Shown here: positions 1 through 7,703 of the stretch, piece after piece
How positions within the stretch are numbered: position 1 is the stretch's first letter
Layout of the letters: every line of letters starts with the position of its first letter
NCBI GenBank assembly: GCA_017456045.1
Contig: JAFTKE010000147.1
Span: 1-37,581, forward strand
Length of the DNA stretch: 37,581 nt
Source of the DNA: Oscillospiraceae bacterium
Lineage (GTDB): Bacteria > Bacillota > Clostridia > Oscillospirales > Oscillospiraceae
Direction of reading: 5' to 3'
Notes under the pieces: model-generated
Told to the model about the DNA's origin: nothing
Databases searched by the model: none
Seen by the model: only the letters and a program-made list of their open reading frames with translations
Translations under genes and position numbers: made by a program

Positions 1-270
1 ACCGCGCTTGTGCTTCAGGTCGTTCTTGACGCCGTTGTAGAAGAACTCGCCCTTGATGCAGTAGCCGGGGCCGCCCATGCCGGTGCCCTCAGGGCAGCCG
101 CCCTGGATCATGAAGCCGGGGATCACCCGGTGGAAGATCAGACCGTCATAATAGTTATGGTCAGCCAGGTCGATGAAATTATACACGCTCTGGGGTGCCT
201 TTTCGGGGTACAGCTCGCCTTCGATGACGCCGCCGTTTTCCATGGTGATCTTAAAAGTAGGATTTGCCAT
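1..270 (-). CDS. ppiB: Cyclophilin-type peptidyl-prolyl cis-trans isomerase (3' end runs off the window)
   Basis: Absent from the ORF track because it has no stop codon in the window. Manual translation from ATG at 270: [70 protein letters not shown], containing the cyclophilin signature [22 protein letters not shown] at 286-281. Confidence 0.93.
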   Translation of the reverse strand, partial: MANPTFKITMENGGVIEGELYPEKAPQSVYNFIDLADHNYYDGLIFHRVIPGFMIQGGCPEGTGMGGPGYCIKGEFFYNGVKNDLKHKRG

Positions 271-272
271 TG

Positions 273-743
273 TTAGTATCTCTCCTTCATGGCCCGGTCG
301 ATCTGACGCTTGGCGTCCCGCTCGGCCGCAGCCTGTCTTTTGTCGTATAGCTTCTTGCCTTTACACAGTCCTACGTTCACCTTCACCCGGCTGCCCTTGA
401 AGTAGACGGACAGGGGGATCAGGGAATAGCCGTCCTGCTTGACCTTGCCGTAGAGCCGCATGATCTCACGCTTGTGCATCAGCAGGCGGCGGGGACGGCG
501 GGAGTCCACGTTGAAGCGGTTCCCGTGGTCATAAGGGGAGATGTGCATCTGGTTCAGCAGCAATTGGCCGTCCTTGATACCACACCAGGCATCCTTCAGG
601 TTCAGGGTGCCTTGACGGATGGACTTGACCTCAGTACCCACCAGCTCGATGCCGGCTTCCATCTCTTCCTCCACGAAATATTCATGGTAGGCTTCCCGAT
701 TCCGGGCCATGACCTTGACAGACTGCTTTTCCAAAATGCTCAC
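273..743 (-). CDS. smpB: SsrA-binding protein SmpB
   Basis: Motifs [33 protein letters not shown] and KGKKLYDKR. The true start may be TTG at 734, with GAGGTG as the RBS. Confidence 0.97.
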   Translation of the reverse strand: MSILEKQSVKVMARNREAYHEYFVEEEMEAGIELVGTEVKSIRQGTLNLKDAWCGIKDGQLLLNQMHISPYDHGNRFNVDSRRPRRLLMHKREIMRLYGKVKQDGYSLIPLSVYFKGSRVKVNVGLCKGKKLYDKRQAAAERDAKRQIDRAMKERY

Positions 744-758
744 CTCGTTTCCATATGA

Positions 759-789
759 TTATACCATGTTTGTCAAGGGGACAAACATG
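759..789 (-). promoter_or_regulatory. Extended -10 promoter (TGgTATAAT) for smpB-ppiB, overlapped by a perfect 10-bp inverted repeat
   Basis: The minus strand reads CATGTTTGTC-CCCTT-GACAAACATG-GTATAAT. No canonical -35 lies at 17-bp spacing. Confidence 0.5.
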
Positions 790-802
790 ATCCTGTGTAA
801 GA

Positions 803-1468
803 TCATGGGTCTTCGAATAGGTATCGCTCCAGGTCTGCGGTCGTATCGAAGGTGTGGTCGCAAAGATCGCACATCTCCGATGAAAGCTCCGGGAATTCGG
901 CCTTGCCCCATGCAGCGAAAGCGATCGGGACCTCCAGAGGCTTCGCCATCATCCAGGCCAGCTTCATATCGTCCACCACAAGGATGTCCTTGGGGGTCAA
1001 GTTGTAACGCGCCATGATGTCCAGCAGGGGATAGGGGGCGGGTTTGCGCTGATGCTCCGGCAGATCCCAGCCGTAGATGGCATCGGGCTGGATACCGAAA
1101 TGGACATCGTAGTCTCTGGTGATATTTTCGATGGACGAATGGGATACCACGCAGATGAGACCGCCCTCTTCTTTTTGGCGGTGTATGATCCGGTGGATGC
1201 CAGGGAAGGGGGCTGGGATATGGGTGCGGACATAGTCCATCCACCCCCGGTATTCGTCCAGCAGTTCCTGTTCGGTGAACCGCCAGCGTTTCCGGCACAT
1301 ATCCGCGAAGCCGAAGTTGTGGCAGTCACGGACGTAATCCTGGAAGCTGATCGTCTCTCCCGGGCGATACTGGCTCAGGATCTGACAAAAAAAGGGGTAT
1401 CCGATGGTCTTTTCACTTTGGACCACGGTGTCGTCGTGATCCAGGACGAGACAAGGGTATCTCAGCAT
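803..1468 (-). CDS. HAD-superfamily hydrolase (phosphoglycolate phosphatase-like)
   Basis: Motif I LDHDDT, motif II VVSHS, motif III RKPAP, motif IV VVDD. ATG at 1468 has RBS AGGAG; the ORF-track start at 1603 is too long. Confidence 0.88.
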   Translation of the reverse strand: MLRYPCLVLDHDDTVVQSEKTIGYPFFCQILSQYRPGETISFQDYVRDCHNFGFADMCRKRWRFTEQELLDEYRGWMDYVRTHIPAPFPGIHRIIHRQKEEGGLICVVSHSSIENITRDYDVHFGIQPDAIYGWDLPEHQRKPAPYPLLDIMARYNLTPKDILVVDDMKLAWMMAKPLEVPIAFAAWGKAEFPELSSEMCDLCDHTFDTTADLERYLFEDP

Positions 1469-1539
1469 GGGCGCGCTCCTTCTCTTTGTTTGCTCCATTA
1501 TATCAGACGCTGCGGTGATCGGCAACCTGAAAATCCCTG

Positions 1540-1567
1540 TTGCAAATTCGAACGAATGTGCTATAAT
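1540..1567 (+). promoter_or_regulatory. SigmaA promoter for the 1594 gene
   Basis: TTGCAA (1540-1545), 16-bp spacer, TATAAT (1562-1567), with extended -10 TG. Confidence 0.75.
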
Positions 1568-1582
1568 ACAAACAAACGTTCG
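1549..1582 (+). promoter_or_regulatory. Two Gram-positive LexA (Cheo/SOS) boxes
   Basis: CGAACGAATGTGCT (1549-1562) lies in the promoter spacer. CAAACAAACGTTCG (1569-1582) lies over the predicted TSS and has 1 mismatch to CGAACRNRYGTTYG. Confidence 0.7.
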
Positions 1583-1593
1583 GAGGTGAGCAG

Positions 1594-1863
1594 GTGGAAG
1601 CAAAAAACAGTCCGGTGGATGTGATCGCCTTGTGTTCTGCGGAAGGGCAGATCAAACCGCTGCGTCTGCGCATGACGGATGAGCAGGCATGTCAGATCCG
1701 GGTGGATATCGATGAGGTGGTCAGCATGAGGAAGGTCACCTATGTGGGGATCGAGGCCCATGTGTTCCTTTGTCGAGCTACCGTGTTGGGGCGGGAATGG
1801 TTGTTCGAACTGAAATATCTGATCCGCAGCCACAGCTGGAGGATGGTCGGGCGAGTCCACTGA
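1594..1863 (+). CDS. Small conserved hypothetical protein, probably SOS-induced
   Basis: GTG start with RBS GGAGGTG; 89 aa. The pattern VDVIA..G.IKPLR...IDEV...C...LKY...W resembles small clostridial proteins that I recall near Y-family polymerase genes (inference). Confidence 0.75.
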   Translation: MEAKNSPVDVIALCSAEGQIKPLRLRMTDEQACQIRVDIDEVVSMRKVTYVGIEAHVFLCRATVLGREWLFELKYLIRSHSWRMVGRVH

Positions 1864-1974
1864 AATTATGGGTGGAAAATTTATAAGGATCGTGATATGC
1901 TTCGTGTTGGAAGATCGATCGTTATGGACCTTTTCCTGGGAAATGGGATGCTGCAGTAAAATGGAGGTCGAGCT

Positions 1975-2445
1975 ATGCCTATCGTGAAATTTTATCGGGG
2001 AGATCCGAAAAACGCGCCGAAGACCACTATGGGCGCTCATTTGGGTGCCAACGCGATCATCACCTGTGACGGGAAGCTCCTGCTGGAGAAGCGTCGGGAC
2101 AGTGATGTGTGGGGACTGATCGGCGGTGGCGTGAAGGATCATGAGACAGAAGTCCAGGCCATGGCCCGGGAGGTCTATGAGGAGCTGGACCTTCGCATCC
2201 CCCAAGAGCGGTTCCGGAAGCTGGCGGTCTATGGAGAGCCGGGACGGATCGCGGCCTACTGCGATGGCAGTGTTTGGCGGATGGTGATCGTAGTGTTCGC
2301 TTTGGAGCTGGAAAAGGAAACGGAGCTTAGGATCAGTGCGGAGTCCAGAGAATTGCGGTCCTTCACGAAGGAGGAGCTGCGGGATATCGAAGTTGTGATC
2401 ACTCATTCCGATATCGTGGAAGACTGGTTCGTGAATAAGGCTTGA
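1975..2445 (+). CDS. Nudix hydrolase
   Basis: Nudix box GGGVKDHETEVQAMAREVYEELDL; RBS GGAGG. Confidence 0.92.
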   Translation: MPIVKFYRGDPKNAPKTTMGAHLGANAIITCDGKLLLEKRRDSDVWGLIGGGVKDHETEVQAMAREVYEELDLRIPQERFRKLAVYGEPGRIAAYCDGSVWRMVIVVFALELEKETELRISAESRELRSFTKEELRDIEVVITHSDIVEDWFVNKA

Positions 2446-2469
2446 TTTTTTTGATTTTTATCGTATGAT
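2442..2469 (+). promoter_or_regulatory. Possible sigmaA promoter for the SGNH hydrolase gene
   Basis: TTGATT, 16-bp spacer, TATGAT. Confidence 0.4.
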
Positions 2470-2498
2470 GGTACAAAACATCCAGGGAGTACGTTTTT

Positions 2499-3626
2499 AT
2501 GGAGCATAACAAGTGGGTCAGTGTCTGGGGCAATGCGGTGAGCGTGGCGGAGAATCGTCCGGAGCGGTATGCAAAGGATATCACCATCCGCTATCCCATC
2601 CATATCCCGTTTTCCGGCGAGGCGATCCGGCTTACCTTCGACAACTATTGTGGGACGGAGCCTATCACCATCGATAAGGTCACCGTTTTTTATGGCGGCA
2701 GGTTCTACCCAGTCCTGTTTGAGAGCGACAGAGCTGTGACGGTCCCGGCAGGGGAGGACAGGGTGTCCGATCCGCTGGCTGTGAAGCTCAATGAGGGCGA
2801 AGTGATCCAGGTCAGCTTCTATTTGAAGGATTTCACCCAGATGCGCAGCGTAGTCTTCACCTGTGGGCCGCTGTCAGAAGGGCTTTACGCCAATGGAGAT
2901 ATGACTGAGGCCAGGGATATCAGCATCGATACTTCCCGCACTACCCATCTTTTCTATTTCTTGAGCAATGTTTCCGTGCTGACAGCGCCGGAGAATCGGA
3001 CGATCGTCTGTTACGGTGACTCTATCACAGCCCAGGATTGGCCGGATCATTTAGCGCTGCGCTGTTTCGAAGAGGGTTATCATGACACGGCGATCATTCG
3101 CCGGGCCACTTCCGGATCCAGGATCTTGAGAGAATACCACTGTCTGACCTATGAATCCTATGGGCTCAAGGGCAGTAATCGTTTCCACCATGAGGTGCCT
3201 ACTGATGGGGCGGATACGGTGATCATCCAACAGGGGATCAACGACATCATCCATCCGGTCGGGGAGAAGGTCAATGTGTTCCGCCCCATGAGCGACCTTC
3301 CCACGGTGGAGGAGCTGATCGAAGGACTGAAGACTTATATCGCTCAGGCCCGGAGCTATGGCTACAAGGTCTATGTGGGCACACTGCTCCCCATGGGCGG
3401 CTGGCGGACGGATGCGCCCTTCCGGCAGGAGATGCGTCATGCCTACAACGAATTCATCCGCACCACGGATCTGATCGATGGCTGTATCGATTTCGATGAA
3501 GCGCTTCGAGATCCGGCTGCTCCGGACCGGTTCCTGCCCATCTACGATTCCGGCGATCATCTGCATCCCAGCGCCGCCGGCTATCAACGGATGGCCATGG
3601 AGATCCCGGCTGATATCCTGAAATGA
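2499..3626 (+). CDS. SGNH/GDSL-family esterase/lipase
   Basis: Block I GDSIT, block III QGIND, block V DHLHP, preceded by an N-terminal accessory domain. Confidence 0.92.
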   Translation: MEHNKWVSVWGNAVSVAENRPERYAKDITIRYPIHIPFSGEAIRLTFDNYCGTEPITIDKVTVFYGGRFYPVLFESDRAVTVPAGEDRVSDPLAVKLNEGEVIQVSFYLKDFTQMRSVVFTCGPLSEGLYANGDMTEARDISIDTSRTTHLFYFLSNVSVLTAPENRTIVCYGDSITAQDWPDHLALRCFEEGYHDTAIIRRATSGSRILREYHCLTYESYGLKGSNRFHHEVPTDGADTVIIQQGINDIIHPVGEKVNVFRPMSDLPTVEELIEGLKTYIAQARSYGYKVYVGTLLPMGGWRTDAPFRQEMRHAYNEFIRTTDLIDGCIDFDEALRDPAAPDRFLPIYDSGDHLHPSAAGYQRMAMEIPADILK

Positions 3627-3631
3627 ACATC

Positions 3632-3670
3632 ACACCTGTCATCTGTCATGGATACGGATGACAGGTGTTC
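3632..3670 (+). terminator. Hairpin / likely terminator after the SGNH gene
   Basis: ACACCTGTCATC...GATGACAGGTGT forms a 12-bp perfect stem; the U-tract is weak. Confidence 0.55.
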
Positions 3671-3729
3671 CTATATGGTGGATAGATCATTAACGAATCG
3701 AAAATTTATGCAAAAATCCGGTGGACCAC

Positions 3730-3758
3730 TTGCATATTCACATATTATGTGTTAATAT
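3730..3758 (+). promoter_or_regulatory. SigmaA promoter driving ole-oapA-dxs
   Basis: TTGCAT (3730-3735), 17-bp spacer, TAATAT (3753-3758), with extended TG. The predicted TSS (~3765) coincides with the 5' end of the RNA. Confidence 0.75.
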
Positions 3759-3765
3759 ACATCCC

Positions 3766-4379
3766 GACGGTGCAGTATCCTAGTCGGGATGGCCATCTTC
3801 CAGGAAGGGCCTAAAAATCCTTTGAAGGGCACATCGATGAAGTCCCTGGTGTCTGCTTTTTACGCCCAGTTTAGGGTGGATGCTGGGGGTTAAGGATCTC
3901 GGGCGCGCTCCAATGGCATGGGGCATACGACCCGATTTCCGTGGAGACTTGAAGTTTGTGCGACGATCTTGCGAACTCCATTTTGGAAGCCTTCTTCGCG
4001 TACGAGTCAAGTATGAACCTGCAAGGCGGTGCATAGGATCGTGTGCTGCGTGCAGCGTAGCCTGCCTTGAGTGATCATGCGGGGAAGGGAGATCAGGCAT
4101 GACAGCGTTATGGCCATAACGCTTCTTGCTATCGCTCCCGGAAACCATGCTTGCAAAAGAGGCTAAGACTATGGCACATCCTGTCGTGGAAATCACCTAG
4201 GCTGTCGTAATTGGGCAGGCAGGGGATTACAGTACGGACTAAGTGGCGATCGGGTGCTCAGGTTTGGCAACACCTGTGCGGACGGATCAAATGGAAACAG
4301 CCCATGCGGTAACGGTGGGTACTGTCCGGGGAAAACCGACCCGACCTAAGCCGTAAGATTTATCCTGCCTGCTACCGTT
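3766..4379 (+). ncRNA. ole: OLE (ornate, large, extremophilic) RNA
   Basis: Matches remembered OLE conserved blocks: GGTGCAGTATCCTAGTC, GGGCCTAAAAATCC, GGGCACATCGATGAAGTCCCTGGTG, GTGGAAA..CCTAG, GGATTA.AGT..GGACTAAGTGG. Long-range helices are visible: 3766-3772/4373-4379, 3773-3783/4197-4204, 3788-3797/4171-4181, 3917-3922/4145-4150, 4215-4223/4364-4372, plus GNRA-capped hairpins. Length is ~614 nt and it lies immediately upstream of oapA. Confidence 0.93.
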
Positions 4380-4410
4380 TTTCAACTACTACACTATCAA
4401 GGAGTAGACC

Positions 4411-5001
4411 GTGTCTAAATTCGATCCTGCCGCTGCGAAAAAGGAGCGGAACAAGACGATCCGCTGGGTCGTCACTATTTTTTTCGTCACCATACTGGTT
4501 TCGGGCATCATCTCTTTGGTGTCCGACGCTGTCATGTCTGTCAGCGGCATCGTCGTCGCTTTTTTGATCTTGATGTTCATCATCCTGGTCGGCATCGTTT
4601 TCGATATCATCGGCGTGGCTGTGACCTCTGCCGACGAAAAGCCGTTCCACTCTATGGCGGCCAGAAAGGTCCCCGGAGCCCAGAACGCCATCAAGCTTCT
4701 TCGCAATGCGGAGCGGGTCAGCTCCATTTGCAATGACGTGGTGGGAGATATCTGCGGTGTCGTTTCCGGTTCCGCCTCCGCCACCATCGCGGCGCAGGTG
4801 CTGGCGCAGACCTCTTTATCTTGGCCTCAGCTTATCACCTTGCTGATGTCCGCACTGGTGGCCGGTTTTACAGTGGGAGGGAAGGCCATCGGAAAGACCT
4901 TCGCAGTGAATTCCAGTACCACCATCGTTTCGTTCGTGGGGAAGGTACTGTACACTTTACAGGGCATCCCTCGTTCCTTCGGGAAGAAAAAGAAAAAATA
5001 A
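4411..5001 (+). CDS. oapA: OLE-associated protein A (membrane protein)
   Basis: 196 aa with about 4 hydrophobic segments. Motifs FDIIGVAVTSADEKPFHSMAARKVPGA, ICNDVVGDICGVVSG (DxxxD) and TVGGKAIGK. RBS AAGGAG, GTG start, located between ole and dxs. Confidence 0.92.
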   Translation: MSKFDPAAAKKERNKTIRWVVTIFFVTILVSGIISLVSDAVMSVSGIVVAFLILMFIILVGIVFDIIGVAVTSADEKPFHSMAARKVPGAQNAIKLLRNAERVSSICNDVVGDICGVVSGSASATIAAQVLAQTSLSWPQLITLLMSALVAGFTVGGKAIGKTFAVNSSTTIVSFVGKVLYTLQGIPRSFGKKKKK

Positions 5002-5020
5002 CGTTAGGTAGTGTTACTTC

Positions 5021-6895
5021 GTGAGTATATTAGAAAACATCCATGGTCACGAGGATCTGCTTCGCCTGAATGATGAAGATAGGCTGCTGCTTTGTCAGCA
5101 GATCCGTACGTTCTTGATCGATCGTGTCTCTAAGACCGGAGGGCATCTTGCCTCCAATCTGGGTACGGTGGAGCTTTCTGTCGCCCTCGAGACCGTCTAT
5201 GATACCGCCAGCGACCGATTGGTCTTCGATGTCGGACATCAGTCCTACGTCCATAAGCTCCTGACCGGACGTCAGGCAGAGTTCGATTCTTTGCGTCAGT
5301 TCGGCGGGATGGCCGGCTTCCCCAAGCCAGGCGAAAGCCCGACGGACTCTTTCGTTGCCGGTCATGCCTCCAGTTCCGTCTCCATTGCTTTGGGGATGGC
5401 CAGGGCCCGCAGTTTGTCCGGAGGCACCCATGATGTGGTAGCTGTGATCGGTGACGGAGCTGCCACTGGTGGTATGGCCTATGAGGGCCTGAACGATGCC
5501 GCCGAAAGCAGAGAGCCCATGGTCATCATCCTCAACGATAATGAGATGTCCATCGATCGCAATGTTGGCGGTATGGCGAAGCATCTGTCCAGACTGCGTA
5601 CCAAGGAGACCTACCTTGGTATGAAAGCCCACTACCGCAAATTCATGAGCAAGAACCGAGTTAGCCGGTTCATCTACCGCACCACCCGTTCCATCAAAGA
5701 TTTCTTCAAACGTATGATCCTGCCCACCACTCTATTTGAGAACATGGGCTTGACCTATCTTGGTCCTGTGGACGGGAACGATGTCAATGAATTGATCGGT
5801 CTTTTGCGTCTGGCTAAGGATATGCGTTGCCCTGTCCTTTTGCACGTGCTTACCAAGAAGGGAAAGGGATATGCTCCAGCTGAGCAAGATCCATCCAAAT
5901 TCCATGGCATCGGCAAATTCGATCCCGCCACCGGTGAGACCTTGAGCAAGGGAGGGGAGACCTTCTCCAGCCAGTTCGGTCAGACCATGATGGAGATGGC
6001 TCAGGAGGATCCCCGGATCTGTGCGATCACGGCAGCGATGCCTGGTGGTACCGGCCTTTTGAACTTCAAGAAGACTTATCCGAAACGGACGTTCGATGTT
6101 GGTATCGCAGAGGAACATGCAGTTTCTATGGCGGGTGGCCTTGCAAAGCAGGGCATGGTGCCTGTCGTAGCGCTTTATTCCACCTTTTTGCAGCGTTCCT
6201 ATGATATGATCATGCAGGATGTGGCGATGCTCCATCTGCATGTGGTCCTCGCTGTGGACCGGGCCGGTCTGGTAGGAGAGGATGGAGAAACGCACCACGG
6301 CATTTATGATATCGGTTTCCTGCGCCATGCTCCCGGCATGACGATCCTTTGCCCTGCCAGCCTGGCGGAGCAGAAACAGATGCTGCATTGGGCAGTGGAA
6401 AAGCATGATGGGCCTGTGGCGATCCGTTATCCCCGAGGTGGCGACCGCGATTTCGTTGGAAGCAAGTGGGAGCCTACGGCGGATATCGCCCGTTCCGGTG
6501 CCCTTGCCTGCCATCGCATGGGCGCCGATGTGACCCTGATCACGTATGGTACGCTTCTGGACAATACCATGAAAGCGGCGGGACTATTGTCGGAGCAGGG
6601 CATCGAATGCACCGTGCTTCGTCTTATGACCGTTGCTCCTCTGCCTGTCTATAATATCCTGACAATGATGTCCGAGACGGAACATGTGGTAGTGGTCGAG
6701 GAGACGGCTGGTGGTTGTGGTATCCGGGAAGCGCTGGCCTGGGAGCTTCAGCATCTCAAGCCCGGTATCCGCGTGGATGGCATCGATCTTGGTCATCGGT
6801 TCATCACTCATGGAGATATGGCATCGCTGTATCAGTATTATGGCCTGGATGCACCGTCTATCGCGAAATTCGTACAGGAGGCTCGTTCGTCATGA
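5021..6895 (+). CDS. dxs: 1-deoxy-D-xylulose-5-phosphate synthase
   Basis: Motifs GGHLASNLG, DVGHQSY, GDGAATGG (TPP binding), GIAEEHA and DRAGLVGEDGETH. Confidence 0.98.
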   Translation: MSILENIHGHEDLLRLNDEDRLLLCQQIRTFLIDRVSKTGGHLASNLGTVELSVALETVYDTASDRLVFDVGHQSYVHKLLTGRQAEFDSLRQFGGMAGFPKPGESPTDSFVAGHASSSVSIALGMARARSLSGGTHDVVAVIGDGAATGGMAYEGLNDAAESREPMVIILNDNEMSIDRNVGGMAKHLSRLRTKETYLGMKAHYRKFMSKNRVSRFIYRTTRSIKDFFKRMILPTTLFENMGLTYLGPVDGNDVNELIGLLRLAKDMRCPVLLHVLTKKGKGYAPAEQDPSKFHGIGKFDPATGETLSKGGETFSSQFGQTMMEMAQEDPRICAITAAMPGGTGLLNFKKTYPKRTFDVGIAEEHAVSMAGGLAKQGMVPVVALYSTFLQRSYDMIMQDVAMLHLHVVLAVDRAGLVGEDGETHHGIYDIGFLRHAPGMTILCPASLAEQKQMLHWAVEKHDGPVAIRYPRGGDRDFVGSKWEPTADIARSGALACHRMGADVTLITYGTLLDNTMKAAGLLSEQGIECTVLRLMTVAPLPVYNILTMMSETEHVVVVEETAGGCGIREALAWELQHLKPGIRVDGIDLGHRFITHGDMASLYQYYGLDAPSIAKFVQEARSS

Positions 6896-7698
6896 AGATC
6901 AAAAAAAGACTGGATGTACTCCTGACGGAACAGGGCTACGCCGAGACCCGCACCAAAGCACAGGCCATCATCATGGCCGGATCTGTCTATGTAGAGGGTC
7001 AGAAAGCGGATAAACCCGGTATCTCCTATGAAGAGAACGTTTCTATCGAGGTCCGCAGCAGCGGTACCTGTCCGTATGTCAGCCGTGGCGGCCTGAAGCT
7101 GGAGAAGGCGCTCCGGGACTTTGGAGTGGACCCTACAGGTTTCGTTTGCAGCGATTCCGGTGCCTCTACCGGTGGATTCACAGATTGCCTGCTCCAGCAG
7201 GGGGCGAAAAAGGTCTTCGCGATCGATGTTGGATATGGCCAGTTGGATTGGAAGATCCGCTCTGATGAGCGTGTAGTGGTCATGGAGCGGACCAATATCC
7301 GCTACGTGACCCCGGAAGACTTGGGCGAGCCGTTGGATCTCTCGGTGGTGGACGTGAGCTTCATTTCCTTGAAGATCGTCCTTCCCGCGATCAAGGCATT
7401 GCTCAAGGCTACAGGCCAGGTCCTGTGTCTGATCAAGCCTCAGTTCGAGGCTGGGCGTGAGAAGGTAGGGAAGAAGGGCGTCGTTCGTGACCCGAAGACC
7501 CATAAAGAGGTCCTGGATATGTTCGTGGATCTGGCTGCTTCTTTGGGCTTTACGATCCTTGGACTGACCTTCTCTCCTGTAAAAGGGCCGGAAGGTAACA
7601 TCGAGTTCCTGGGACATCTGACCCTGGATCAGAAAGAGGGCATCTGCCCGGATACTGCTGACGTGGTACGTCAGGCTCATGAGACGTTGAAGGGGTGA
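6892..7698 (+). CDS. tlyA: TlyA/YqxC-family RNA 2'-O-methyltransferase
   Basis: S4-like KRLDVLL, YVSRGGLKL, GASTGGFTD, DVSFISL and KPQFE. ATG at 6892 overlaps the dxs stop (ATGA). Confidence 0.95.
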   Translation: MKIKKRLDVLLTEQGYAETRTKAQAIIMAGSVYVEGQKADKPGISYEENVSIEVRSSGTCPYVSRGGLKLEKALRDFGVDPTGFVCSDSGASTGGFTDCLLQQGAKKVFAIDVGYGQLDWKIRSDERVVVMERTNIRYVTPEDLGEPLDLSVVDVSFISLKIVLPAIKALLKATGQVLCLIKPQFEAGREKVGKKGVVRDPKTHKEVLDMFVDLAASLGFTILGLTFSPVKGPEGNIEFLGHLTLDQKEGICPDTADVVRQAHETLKG

Positions 7699-7703
7699 AG
7701 GAT

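Noticed and set aside
10-276. 88-aa plus-strand ORF ([16 protein letters not shown]...)
   Set aside because: Antisense shadow of the cyclophilin gene on the minus strand.
1561-2406. 281-aa minus-strand ORF
   Set aside because: Shadow spanning two well-supported plus-strand genes and their intergenic region.
3780-4196. 138-aa minus-strand ORF and 64-aa plus-strand ORF (3880-4074) in the gap
   Set aside because: No RBS or recognisable domain; the region is explained by OLE RNA.
3766-4379. Alternative identities for the large RNA (tmRNA given nearby smpB, RNase P, group I/II intron, T-box)
   Set aside because: No tRNA-like GGGG...CCA ends or tag ORF, no RNase P GAGGAAAGUCC, no group II GUGCG start or domain V, and no T-box terminator. 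The OLE motifs and adjacent oapA fit instead.
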